A DNA stretch of 64,000 bases, from the IMG/VR virus record IMGVR_UViG_3300002307_000046. One strand, given 5' to 3'. Of the stretch, positions 5,231 to 14,609 are shown piece by piece. A program made the translations under genes and the position numbers. Each line of letters begins with the position of its first letter. Within the stretch, counting starts at the first letter, position 1. The DNA is from a virus. The notes below the pieces were generated by a model. It was not told the origin of the DNA, searched no databases, and worked only from the letters and a program-made list of their open reading frames with translations.

Positions 5231-5966
5231 AAAGATTTGCACATATCCAGGCTGTGGTCGTCCTCATAACTCTAAAGGGTATTGTTCTGGTCATCGAGCA
5301 ATGCAATTAAAAGGAAAAGAATTACGACCTTTACTAGTTCGTGATGACTATCACAAAAATAAGTCTACTATTTGTTCTATAGAAGGATGTGAACGAAAAA
5401 TCAAGTCCAAAGGATATTGCAGCTCTCACTACAATCGTATTGTATGGCATGGACTTGATTCTAAATTAGGCACGCGCAGTATAATTTACCCCGAAATTTG
5501 CATTTATGTTGATTGTTCTTTAAAACCAAAAGCCAAAGGAATGTGCTTAAAACATTACCAATTATCTAGATATATCCCAAAGCCAAAAAAGGCTAAGATT
5601 AGATATTGCACGGCTGAAGGGTGCCAAGAACATCATGTTGCTAAAGGATTTTGCGAACGTCATTATAATATTAGTAGATATATCCCAAAGCCAAAAATCG
5701 TTAAAGCATACAAACCTAAAAAAATATGCGATATAGACGATTGCGACAATCCTGTAAAATGTCATGGATGGTGCTCTATGCATTATTCTAGATGGCTCCG
5801 TCATGGTGACCCATTGGTTAATTATGCAAACAACCACAAGCGCACATCTTACATGATTAATAAGTCACCAATAAGTTTTACAAACACATATGAAGAAGGG
5901 ATGATAATGAGTGAATTTTTTGAAGAAATGACAGGAACAGAAAATTATCTAGAAAGATGTGAATAG
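5214..5966 (+). CDS. Protein with five Cx4Cx7GxCxxH putative zinc-binding repeats
   Basis: Repeats such as CSIEGCERKIKSKGYCSSHY and CDIDDCDNPVKCHGWCSMHYSRWLRHGDP; 23-bp DNA repeat at 5567-5589 and 5675-5697. Confidence 0.8.
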   Translation: MVYISKKICTYPGCGRPHNSKGYCSGHRAMQLKGKELRPLLVRDDYHKNKSTICSIEGCERKIKSKGYCSSHYNRIVWHGLDSKLGTRSIIYPEICIYVDCSLKPKAKGMCLKHYQLSRYIPKPKKAKIRYCTAEGCQEHHVAKGFCERHYNISRYIPKPKIVKAYKPKKICDIDDCDNPVKCHGWCSMHYSRWLRHGDPLVNYANNHKRTSYMINKSPISFTNTYEEGMIMSEFFEEMTGTENYLERCE

Positions 5967-5997
5967 TTATTAATTTAGATTTAAAATTAAGGAAGAT

Positions 5998-6063
5998 ATG
6001 AATCAAGAAGAACAACATGCACGTCTAATATCAGAGCTTCAGTCGTCTTTCTTTCTTAATTGA
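5998..6063 (+). pseudogene. Orphaned terL 5' fragment (MNQEEQHARLISELQSSFFLN*)
   Basis: Strong SD TAAGGAAG; aligns with the TerL N-terminus DQLRMNLCSDFLL; interrupted by the HNH gene. Confidence 0.55.
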
Positions 6064-6641
6064 CGGGGTTTGTATGGATTTATTTTTCTAGCTTCCTCTG
6101 TAATTGAAGCCCAAGTTTCACCAATTTTAATCTGTCGTATTACTCCACTACAAACGCCATAAATAGAAGCTAAATCTTTCAGAGATTCTTTGCTTAACAC
6201 GATTTCTAATGCTTGGTTGCGATTAAGTTTTGCTCCAGGCCTTTTTTCTAATAAAGGAAATGTTCCATGAGCTTTTGCGTCTTTAATATTATCTGATTTA
6301 GTCCCATAGCAAATATTTTCTAGTCTATTGTCTTTTGAGTTACCATTGATATGTCTAACTTCAATTCCTTTTGTTTGTGGACCTATAAATGCCCATGCAA
6401 CAGCTCTATGAATATAGACATATTTTATTTTGCTATTTCTGCTCAAACTTACTCGCCAGTATCCTTTTCCATCTTCCATTAATCTTGGATTTAATATTTT
6501 TTCACGAATCACATAAGATTTTGGCAACCATCCTTCCGGCCTTTTCTCATTAATTATTCTTTCCTCACTTTTGATGCGCCCTAGATTTGATACACTATAA
6601 TAATTCTCCCATCCTGGTATTGGTTTCCATATTTCTTCCAT
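6039..6641 (-). mobile_element. Free-standing NUMOD4-HNH homing endonuclease gene
   Basis: EIWKPIPGWENYYSVSNLGRIKS (NUMOD4); HRAVAWAF...VRHINGNSKDNRLENI (HNH); C-terminal HTH; antisense to the late operon. Confidence 0.92.
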
Positions 6642-6668
6642 GACAAATCCTTGTTATTAAGATATAAT
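6640..6668 (+). promoter_or_regulatory. Candidate sigma70 promoter pointing into terL
   Basis: ATGACA-N17-TATAAT overlapping the HNH start codon. Confidence 0.5.
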
Positions 6669-6700
6669 CATCTTATCATTGAACTTAGTCATAAGCCAGA

Positions 6701-8239
6701 ATGGATATCGATCAATTACGCATGAATTTATGTTCGGATTTTCTTTTGTTTACGCGCGTGTTCTTTAAGATAATCACAGGCCGTGAGTTTTATATATCCA
6801 ATCCTCTTGGGAGGGAGTCTCACTTCGTGACTGTTGCTCGTGAATTAACTCTTTGCAAAGATCTAAAAACAATCAACCTGATTATTAATATGCCCCCAGG
6901 CTACGCCAAATCAACATTACTTTCTTATTGGACGGCTTGGACGCTAGCTATGTATCCAGATAGTCAGTACTTGTATATTAGTTATGGTGTAGATTTAGCG
7001 GCCAAGCATACTGAAATGATTAAGCGAATAGTGAGCTGCAAAGAATACAAAGAGTTATTTGGCGTAGAGATAAGAACGGATTCAAAAGCTAAGGACCATT
7101 TTAGAACTACGAGTGGCGGTAGTATCAAGGCATTCGGTTCGTCAGGGGGTATTGTTGGTCAAGATGGAGGGCTTCCAAATGAAAATAGATTTACGGGAGC
7201 CGTCATTTGCGATGATTTACATAAAATAGACGAAGCTCATTCGGCAACCATGAGAAATAGAATTATAGAAAATTATAGGGAAACTATAACACAAAGGCCT
7301 CGTTCTCCGTTGGTTCCTTTGATTTGCGTAGGTCAACGTGTCCATGAAGATGATATTATTAATTTCATGTTATCGGGCAATGATACTAGAAAATGGAAAA
7401 CAGTTATCCTTAAAGCTATCGATGATGCCGGTAATGCATTATATCCAGAGGTGAATTCACTTGCCCAGCTTCGAGAAATGCAAGAGAAAAGTCCGTATGT
7501 ATTTTCAAGTCAATTCCAGCAAAATCCTATTCCAGCGGGAGGTTCAATATTTAAACCTGATTGGTTTGTTACCTTAGATTTTGAGCCCGAAATCCTAATG
7601 ACCTTTATAACAGCCGACACTGCAGAGACAAACAAGTCCTACAATGATGCTACTGTATTTTGCTTTTGGGGTCTGTACGAAATTGAAACGATGGGGCGAA
7701 AAACTGGAGAATTTGGTCTTCATTGGTTAGATTGTATGGAAATCAGAATTGAACCAAAAGATTTGAAAGACAATTTTTTAGATTTCTGGCAGGATTGTAT
7801 GAGGCACAAAATCCCACCATTAATGGCAGCCATTGAAAAGAAAAGCACTGGAACGACATTAGTATCCGTGCTTCAAGAGTTGCGAGGCATCCAAATTAGA
7901 GGAATTGAGCGTAATAGAGCAAGTGGAAGCAAAACACAAAGGCTTCTAGAATGCCAACCCTATGTCGCTTCTAAACGAATTTCTTTTACTGAAGGTGCTA
8001 AACATAAAGAAATGTGCATTGAACATATGTTAAAGTTAACGTCAAATGAATCACATCGACATGACGATATTGGCGACTGCCTTGCAGATGCAATAAAAAT
8101 TGCTTTAATTGATAAAACTCTCACGTATAATACTAAACAAGACGCGCAAAAAGCTGCTACTATAATGCAATCACGGAAATTTGCCTTGGACGCTAAAAAG
8201 GGATTTTTATATGGCAGTCAAACAGACGGCTATCGATAG
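6701..8239 (+). CDS. terL: Terminase large subunit
   Basis: Walker A NMPPGYAKST, Walker B VICDDLH, nuclease motifs DTAET and HDDIGD. Confidence 0.96.
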   Translation: MDIDQLRMNLCSDFLLFTRVFFKIITGREFYISNPLGRESHFVTVARELTLCKDLKTINLIINMPPGYAKSTLLSYWTAWTLAMYPDSQYLYISYGVDLAAKHTEMIKRIVSCKEYKELFGVEIRTDSKAKDHFRTTSGGSIKAFGSSGGIVGQDGGLPNENRFTGAVICDDLHKIDEAHSATMRNRIIENYRETITQRPRSPLVPLICVGQRVHEDDIINFMLSGNDTRKWKTVILKAIDDAGNALYPEVNSLAQLREMQEKSPYVFSSQFQQNPIPAGGSIFKPDWFVTLDFEPEILMTFITADTAETNKSYNDATVFCFWGLYEIETMGRKTGEFGLHWLDCMEIRIEPKDLKDNFLDFWQDCMRHKIPPLMAAIEKKSTGTTLVSVLQELRGIQIRGIERNRASGSKTQRLLECQPYVASKRISFTEGAKHKEMCIEHMLKLTSNESHRHDDIGDCLADAIKIALIDKTLTYNTKQDAQKAATIMQSRKFALDAKKGFLYGSQTDGYR

Positions 8240-10433
8240 CCTAGAAAGAGTTAAAAAGAACGTATCAAAATCTTACATGTATTTCAAAGACAATTATGAT
8301 AGATATCATGATTATCGAAAATACGTATTTAAAGAAACTATCAATCAACAACAACGAGCCATGCTACAAAGGCTCCATAGACCCATTATAGAGTTCAATA
8401 TTCTTGATGCGTATATTTCTAGGCTATTAGGTGAGTTCTCTAAGCATGAGCCATCTATTGAGGTTTCACCGGCAGAAGGCGTGCCAGTTGACCAGGCGGT
8501 TCTAGATATTGTTGAAGGTCATTTACGCCATATTCTTCACACAGCCAATAAAGATAATTTTTCATACAATGTATATCAAGATATTTTATCTGGTGGATTT
8601 TCTGTTGCTAAGGTTTGGACTGACTATGCTAGTCCAATGAGTTTTGACCAGCAAATCTATTTGTCTCGAGCGTTTGACCCGACATTATGTGGATTTGACC
8701 CTATGGCGAGGGCTCGTCACAAGGGTGATGGTCAGTATAGTTTTGAAATTTACCCAATGACAGAAGAGGATTTCTTAAAAGAGTTTCCTCATGTTGATAT
8801 ATCAAAGCTTTCATTTACGCGGGCATTGAATGATGCTGGTTATTTAGACAGTTTTAATTGGTCATACAAAGACAATCAAAACAATAAAATTGTTCTTGTG
8901 GCTGATTATTATGAAAAGAAAAAGAAAAAGACAAAGATTGTGAAGCTTGCAGATGGTCGTGTAATGACCATGAAGAATTATGAGAAGATGCAGGCGTACT
9001 GGGAGCAAGAGCAATTTATAGAGCAAATCCCAGTTATTGTAGGTGAGCCAAGATGGACGGAATTGGAGACGGTTTGTTGTTATAAACTAATTGAGCATGA
9101 AGTTCTGGAGTATACGGAAACTGACTATACTTATTTGCCCCATATTTTTGTTGATGGGAATTCCATTGACTTGACAATTGGCAATACTAATACCACTTAT
9201 CAAATGACAAAGCCCTATGTTTATCATGCAAAGGGTGTTCAAGATTTAAAGAACTTTGCGGGTATAGCGCTGGCTAATTATCTTGAAAACATGATTCAGC
9301 ACAAGTTTATTATCAAGAAAGAAGCGATACCGCAAGAGCAAGATTATGTTGAGGCCTTGAATGACATACAACAAGCTAATACTGTTGTTGTTAATGCTTT
9401 TAGTGAGAATAATCCTGAGTTGGCTATTCCCGATCCAATACGAGAAGTTCAAAATTTACCAGCCCCCCCCGAGGTTATGGGTGCATTCCAAATTACAGAT
9501 CCGACCACGCAAACAATCTTAGGAAGTTTTGCTAGTAATCTGGGTAAGAATGATAATGACTTATCAGGCAAGGCTGTTATTGAATCAGCTACAGTTGGTA
9601 ATGCTGCCTCTATGCCTTATATAGTGGGCTATCTGTCAGCACTAACGCAAATTGGTAACATTGTTGTTGACTTGATGCCCAAGTACATTGTTGGTAAAAG
9701 AACCATACCGGTTGTTGCAAAAGATGGCAAAAAGAGTTATCGTGGTGTTAATACTCAAGGTAATCCAAAGTTAGATTATCAAGAGCGTGCTATAAAGGTT
9801 AACATTGATGCAGGCGTGAACTTTCAAGTTCAGAAAACACAAGCTATGGAGCAGATTGTTGCGTTGATGGGGGCGAGCCAAGAGTTCAGTCAGTTCATGA
9901 ATTCTCCTCAAGGATTGGAGATATTAGTCGACAATCTAACGGTGTATGGTAGTGATAGGTTGAAGGAAGCGGTACCGCAATGGATTGCATCTCAACAACA
10001 GCAACAACAGCAAGCAATGGCCATGCAGCAACAAGCCATGCAAAGTGACCCTCGTATGCTTAAAGCCAAGACTGAAATGCAAAAAGTTCAGTTAGAAGCA
10101 CAGCAACAGCAGCTCGATCAACAACAACAACAAATTGAAAATCAATTCGAAATAGCTAAATTATCTACGGAAAAGATTCTGGCAGATGCTAAGCTCATGG
10201 AGTCTGAGGCCAAAATAACACAATCACAAATTGATTCAGCAGTACGTTTAGAGGAGTCGCAAACCAGCCTTGAACGTCATGCCTTGGATGCGGCAGCTAA
10301 AATGGCTGAGGTGAAAGGCCGTGAGCATGAAATGCATATTAAGACCCATACTGCGATGTTGAATGAAGAAAAGTTAAAACATGAGATAAGGAGTTCTCAG
10401 CATGACGAAACCAAAGTACGAGATAACGATTAA
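8211..10433 (+). CDS. P22-like portal protein with a Gln-rich C-terminal barrel
   Basis: 740 aa directly after terL; poly-Q coiled-coil C-terminus; SD AAGGGA. Confidence 0.92.
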   Translation: MAVKQTAIDSLERVKKNVSKSYMYFKDNYDRYHDYRKYVFKETINQQQRAMLQRLHRPIIEFNILDAYISRLLGEFSKHEPSIEVSPAEGVPVDQAVLDIVEGHLRHILHTANKDNFSYNVYQDILSGGFSVAKVWTDYASPMSFDQQIYLSRAFDPTLCGFDPMARARHKGDGQYSFEIYPMTEEDFLKEFPHVDISKLSFTRALNDAGYLDSFNWSYKDNQNNKIVLVADYYEKKKKKTKIVKLADGRVMTMKNYEKMQAYWEQEQFIEQIPVIVGEPRWTELETVCCYKLIEHEVLEYTETDYTYLPHIFVDGNSIDLTIGNTNTTYQMTKPYVYHAKGVQDLKNFAGIALANYLENMIQHKFIIKKEAIPQEQDYVEALNDIQQANTVVVNAFSENNPELAIPDPIREVQNLPAPPEVMGAFQITDPTTQTILGSFASNLGKNDNDLSGKAVIESATVGNAASMPYIVGYLSALTQIGNIVVDLMPKYIVGKRTIPVVAKDGKKSYRGVNTQGNPKLDYQERAIKVNIDAGVNFQVQKTQAMEQIVALMGASQEFSQFMNSPQGLEILVDNLTVYGSDRLKEAVPQWIASQQQQQQQAMAMQQQAMQSDPRMLKAKTEMQKVQLEAQQQQLDQQQQQIENQFEIAKLSTEKILADAKLMESEAKITQSQIDSAVRLEESQTSLERHALDAAAKMAEVKGREHEMHIKTHTAMLNEEKLKHEIRSSQHDETKVRDND

Positions 10434-10584
10434 CATGTTAGATACGCCAGGTGAAGTAAGAAAACTTGAGCGAGATGGTCACAATAGACATACGATTCAT
10501 GAAGCTTTGTTTAAGCATACTAGAGATGCAACGAATCAAGAGCGTACAAAAATGTTTGAAAAATTCTATGATAGACGAGACTAG
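10402..10584 (+). CDS. Hypothetical protein, 60 aa
   Basis: ORF after the portal. Confidence 0.55.
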   Translation: MTKPKYEITINMLDTPGEVRKLERDGHNRHTIHEALFKHTRDATNQERTKMFEKFYDRRD

Positions 10585-10639
10585 AGTGTATGAAAGGCTT
10601 ATGCGCTCCTTGGTATGGTTACGAAGATGGAGAAGAAGT

Positions 10640-10822
10640 ATGGCAAATTGGATCGCCAAAGCAGTCGGAAAAAACCCAGGGAAATTGCATCGAGAACTCG
10701 GAGTCAAAGCCGGTGAAAAAATACCAGCAAAAAAATTGGCCAACGCAGCAAAGAGTAAGTCACCAACTATTAGGAAAGAAGTAGTTTTAGCCAAAACTCT
10801 TAAAAGTCTTAAGAAGAAATAA
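10640..10822 (+). CDS. Lys-rich small protein (MANWIAKAVGKNPGKLHRELGV...)
   Basis: Internal ATG of the 118-aa ORF; very basic; motif recalled from other podophage head regions. Confidence 0.7.
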   Translation: MANWIAKAVGKNPGKLHRELGVKAGEKIPAKKLANAAKSKSPTIRKEVVLAKTLKSLKKK

Positions 10823-10832
10823 GGGGAATTAA

Positions 10833-11015
10833 ATGTCATTTGTATTAGATTTCATTACAAAAAAAGCGTTATCAGTGCTAGAAGAAGAGTTAATTGCTCA
10901 TGAACCAGCGATGCAAGCAGTGATTTTGGCTGAGTTACAATCAATAGGCTCAAGCTTTTTGACAAGCATTGAAGAGAAAATAGCTTCACTAGAGGCTAAA
11001 GCTAAAGCAGGTTAA
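10833..11015 (+). CDS. Amphipathic helical hypothetical protein, 60 aa
   Basis: SD AAGGGG; tiled. Confidence 0.7.
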   Translation: MSFVLDFITKKALSVLEEELIAHEPAMQAVILAELQSIGSSFLTSIEEKIASLEAKAKAG

Positions 11016-11025
11016 GGGGTATAAT

Positions 11026-11235
11026 GTGGCCAAGGAAGGTAAAACCAAAAAGATATTTTTATCTTTCAATCCTGGAAAGAAACCACCTCAACATGTCAAT
11101 TATGATTTATTAGATGCGCAGTTAAGAAACAAGTTACCTAATGAATTTCGTAATACATGTTTGCCTGATTGTAATTCCTACAATAGGTATTTTGGTGATT
11201 CATATTGTGGATTGTATTCTGATGAAGGGAGATAG
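11026..11235 (+). CDS. Hypothetical protein
   Basis: GTG start with SD AAGGGG. Confidence 0.5.
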   Translation: MAKEGKTKKIFLSFNPGKKPPQHVNYDLLDAQLRNKLPNEFRNTCLPDCNSYNRYFGDSYCGLYSDEGR

Positions 11236-11237
11236 GG

Positions 11238-11384
11238 ATGCCATTAGCTAAAGGTAAAAATAATAAAATTATAAGTAAAAACATTAAAGAGCTAGAGTCA
11301 ACGGGAAAATACCCGCATCGACAAGCAATAGCAATTGCTTTATCTGAAGCGGGTAAATCTAAACCTAAAAAGAAGAGGAAATAA
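11238..11384 (+). CDS. Lys-rich 48-aa protein (MPLAKGKNNKIISKNIKELE...QAIAIALSEAGK)
   Basis: Hand translation; MPL-K-G...N(I)KE...QA(I/V)AIAL pattern recalled from many phages. Confidence 0.75.
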   Translation: MPLAKGKNNKIISKNIKELESTGKYPHRQAIAIALSEAGKSKPKKKRK

Positions 11385-11386
11385 TC

Positions 11387-11506
11387 ATGGCAAAGGAAAT
11401 GCGTTCAAAGAAAGAAGTTAAAAAACCGAAGAAAGAAAAGCATATGGATGTAAAGCAAGATATGAAGATGATTAAATCTAAGGTAAAAGCTAAATGCATG
11501 AAGTAA
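11387..11506 (+). CDS. Lys/Met-rich 39-aa protein
   Basis: MAKEMRSKKEVKKPKKEKHMDVKQDMKMIKSKVKAKCMK; SD GAGG. Confidence 0.65.
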   Translation: MAKEMRSKKEVKKPKKEKHMDVKQDMKMIKSKVKAKCMK

Positions 11507-11525
11507 TTGTTTCACCAGAAACATA

Positions 11526-11554
11526 TTGTTAACAAATAATGAACATTGTATGAT
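11526..11554 (+). promoter_or_regulatory. Promoter for the scaffold/coat genes
   Basis: TTGTTA-N17-TATGAT in an intergenic gap. Confidence 0.55.
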
Positions 11555-11654
11555 ATAAGCATCACGTAGCCAAACGATAACCTGGCCGAGTCTTTGCGCG
11601 TAAGCATTGTTTTATCACGGTGACACCGATTAAACGTCAGATTGAAGGAATAAG

Positions 11655-12395
11655 ATGACAGAACAAGATTTAGAGATTGTAAATCAGGAAGTAGAAGCTC
11701 CTGCTGAAGAAGCTCAAAATGCGGAACCGGAAAATGATGCTGGCCCTTTGTCGAGAGACATTGTGTCAAAGATAGTTGACAGGGAACGTAAGAAGGCTTT
11801 TGAAAAAGGAAAACAGGAGGCATTAATGGAATTACAGCAACAGCAAGGTCAACAGGCGCCACAAGAGCAAGCACCTGCTCAGGTACAGCAGGGTCAAACT
11901 TCTTTAGGTGGAATGCAGCAATTTGCTCCTGGTGAGCTTGATAAGATGTTAGCTGAGCGCGTGCCTCAAATTCTACAAGATCATGTTCAGAAGTTTAAGC
12001 AAGAGCAGATGGTTGAATCATTTGCATCTAAGATGAAAGCTGCTGAAGATAAGTATCCTGGTTTAGAAGCCGAGTTGAATAGTCTTAATTACAACGATCC
12101 CAGAATGATTCGATTCATTGAGATGGCAAACACAGTGGATAATACCGGAGATATAATGAAAGAGGTCTTGGACCATCCGGCGAAGCTCACAGAGCTTTTA
12201 TCTAATGTTGCTGACCAGCCCTATATTGCACAAAAGCAGTTAATGAAATTGAGTCAATCTATTAAGACCAATCAACAGGCTTTGGCTGAAGAAGCACAGG
12301 CTCGAGATCCAATGTCACAACTTAAACCTTCGCAAAATGCCGGAATGGATAACGGTGCGGCGTCGGTGGCTGACTTTAGAAAAATGTTTAGATAG
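11655..12395 (+). CDS. Scaffolding protein
   Basis: Acidic, helical, directly upstream of the coat gene as in P22. Confidence 0.8.
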   Translation: MTEQDLEIVNQEVEAPAEEAQNAEPENDAGPLSRDIVSKIVDRERKKAFEKGKQEALMELQQQQGQQAPQEQAPAQVQQGQTSLGGMQQFAPGELDKMLAERVPQILQDHVQKFKQEQMVESFASKMKAAEDKYPGLEAELNSLNYNDPRMIRFIEMANTVDNTGDIMKEVLDHPAKLTELLSNVADQPYIAQKQLMKLSQSIKTNQQALAEEAQARDPMSQLKPSQNAGMDNGAASVADFRKMFR

Positions 12396-12447
12396 ACCAC
12401 TAACGTAGTATTGCCCATTCCGAAACTTACATTTTCGGAGCGATAAA

Positions 12448-13773
12448 ATGGCTACTACACCAGTTAATATTTTACAAACAGTACAAACTTATCAAAAAGC
12501 TGAGCTTGCTTGGTTATTAAACTCATTTGTTGGTATTTCAATGTCCAACAAAAAGTTCAAAGATTTTAACGACCTTACTGCTAACTTAGGTGATACAGTA
12601 ACGTTTGATACTACGCCACGTTATATTTCTTACGCTGGTTTGGTTATTACCGAGCAACCATCTGTACAACGTGTACAGTCATTAATTTGTTCACAAGCTG
12701 CAAACGTTTCTGCTGCATACACAGACCAACAATTCATATTTAACGTACGTGAGTACATGGATAGATTTGGTATGGCTGCAATGAAAGAGTTAGGTACATT
12801 GATTGAATCAGATATTTTAAAGAACTTTGTATCTGGCGTAACAATTAATAATCCACAAGATTCTAATTTTGGCAGTTTGCAATATCAATCTGGTCCTTTC
12901 CGTTTTTATGGTGACGGTGTTACACCAATTAATAGCTTTACGCAATTAGCGCAATCAGTTGCTAACTTTGAAGATTTCGGTGCTGCCACTCATAAAATGA
13001 TGGCTATATTACCTGTTGCTAACATTCCTGCAATTGTTGGAACTGGTTTGAACCAATTTGCAATGAATCGTAACAATGAAACAGCAATGTCATGGGAATT
13101 AGGACGTTTTGCGAATACTGATTGGTATGAGTCTAACTTATTACCAACTCATGTATCTGGAGCAATTGCAAATGCTGCTGCGCCAAATAATGTGATGACA
13201 GTTGTAAGTGTTAACGATCCAACAGGTGTTAACGTTACAAGCATCACGTTCACAGAGCCAACCAACAGTACAAATCCTAATGCTGTATTAGCTGGTGATT
13301 TGTTCCAGTTTAATGATGGTGTTTCTGGCCAGCCAAACATGAGATTCTTGACCTTTATTGGCCATCAAGTTTGTCAACAACCTGTTCAATTCCGTGCGAT
13401 TGCTAATGCTGGCACTGTGGGCGGTTCTGTTACAGTTCAATTACAAACAATTAATAGCGTCGGTTTAGTTTGGGCTCAAAATCAAAATCAAAACATTAAC
13501 AACACGATTGTCGCTGGAATGACAGTAACACCTATTCCTTCTCATCGTGCTGGTATTTTGATGTCTGGTGATCAGTTCTATTTGGCAATGCCAAGACTAC
13601 CTGATGAATCTCCTTTCACCACTGTTAACATGACCGACCCTGATTCAGGCGCATCTATACGCCACTACTACGGAAGTCAGTTCGGTCTAAACAATCGCGC
13701 TTACGTGAGAGATGCAATATGGGGAAGTAGTATGGTGGCTGAGAACTGCTTGCGATATATTTTTCCCATGTAA
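12448..13773 (+). CDS. Major capsid protein (P22 gp5-like)
   Basis: 441 aa; size and position; central insertion-domain-like segment. Confidence 0.88.
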   Translation: MATTPVNILQTVQTYQKAELAWLLNSFVGISMSNKKFKDFNDLTANLGDTVTFDTTPRYISYAGLVITEQPSVQRVQSLICSQAANVSAAYTDQQFIFNVREYMDRFGMAAMKELGTLIESDILKNFVSGVTINNPQDSNFGSLQYQSGPFRFYGDGVTPINSFTQLAQSVANFEDFGAATHKMMAILPVANIPAIVGTGLNQFAMNRNNETAMSWELGRFANTDWYESNLLPTHVSGAIANAAAPNNVMTVVSVNDPTGVNVTSITFTEPTNSTNPNAVLAGDLFQFNDGVSGQPNMRFLTFIGHQVCQQPVQFRAIANAGTVGGSVTVQLQTINSVGLVWAQNQNQNINNTIVAGMTVTPIPSHRAGILMSGDQFYLAMPRLPDESPFTTVNMTDPDSGASIRHYYGSQFGLNNRAYVRDAIWGSSMVAENCLRYIFPM

Positions 13774-13782
13774 CTATATTTA

Positions 13783-13801
13783 GGGCACATTTATTGTGCC
13801 C
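13783..13801 (+). terminator. Hairpin after the coat gene (weak terminator or stabiliser)
   Basis: GGGCACA-TTTAT-TGTGCCC, poor U tract. Confidence 0.55.
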
Positions 13802-13826
13802 CTTCTCAACTTAAAAGGAATTTATC

Positions 13827-14609
13827 ATGAGTGAAATTCAAACTGGAACATCAAAACAATATGGCCAAGTACCATTTTTCTACATTAACGGTCTTGGATT
13901 GAGTAATGATGCAACCACACCAAACAGCATTATTGATGTAAGCGTTGGAACATGTCTTGATTCAACATTGACATATCAAATGCAATTAACAAGTGCCGCT
14001 ACTGTAAGCAGTGCGTTTACTGGTTTAGGTGGATTAGATACCGGAACTGTAGCAGCAAGCACTGTTTATGCTGTTTACTTAGTAAGTGACCCTGTTGATG
14101 CAAATCTTCCTGGATGTATTCTTTCTACATCATTAACTGGACCTTTGATGCCTTTTGGTTATAGTGCTTGGGCATTAATTGGTTATGTAGTTACTGACGC
14201 TAGCTCGCACTTCTTAAAGGGATACTGGTCAGCAGGCGATAGCGCTCGTCGCACATTCATGTATGACACTCCACAAGCAACATCAGTAACAGCAGGCCAT
14301 GGAACAACGGCGACAGCTGTAAGTCTAGCTGCTTTTGTTCCAGGTGGTTCAAAACGTTTAGTGTATATCAATACATCATATACACCTGCTACTGCTGGTA
14401 ATACATTGAAATTACAACCTGCAAGCGGAACTGGGTATCCAGTTGTTGTGACAGGCCCAGTAACTAGTGGCGTTTTTACTTCCACCAGTTACTTGTTTGA
14501 TGATATTAATACTGGTATCACAGGAAGCCCTCCAGAAATCAATTATATCCTTGCAAGTGGTAGCGATGCCGTTGCAATTAACGTTCAAGGATATGATTTC
14601 AACCTATAA
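13827..14609 (+). CDS. Putative capsid decoration/virion protein
   Basis: T/S/G-rich, beta-type; sits between the coat and gp4-like genes. Confidence 0.55.
   Translation: MSEIQTGTSKQYGQVPFFYINGLGLSNDATTPNSIIDVSVGTCLDSTLTYQMQLTSAATVSSAFTGLGGLDTGTVAASTVYAVYLVSDPVDANLPGCILSTSLTGPLMPFGYSAWALIGYVVTDASSHFLKGYWSAGDSARRTFMYDTPQATSVTAGHGTTATAVSLAAFVPGGSKRLVYINTSYTPATAGNTLKLQPASGTGYPVVVTGPVTSGVFTSTSYLFDDINTGITGSPPEINYILASGSDAVAINVQGYDFNL

Noticed and set aside
6057-6740. Self-splicing intron in terL carrying the HNH
   Set aside because: The endonuclease is antisense and fills almost the whole interval, leaving no room for a ribozyme core
9463-9470. C8 tract in the portal as a phase-variation or frameshift site
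   Set aside because: In frame (PAPPE) in an essential gene and identical in both copies
9990-10140. Poly-Gln CAA/CAG runs as a repeat element
   Set aside because: Expected Gln-rich coiled-coil barrel of P22-type portals
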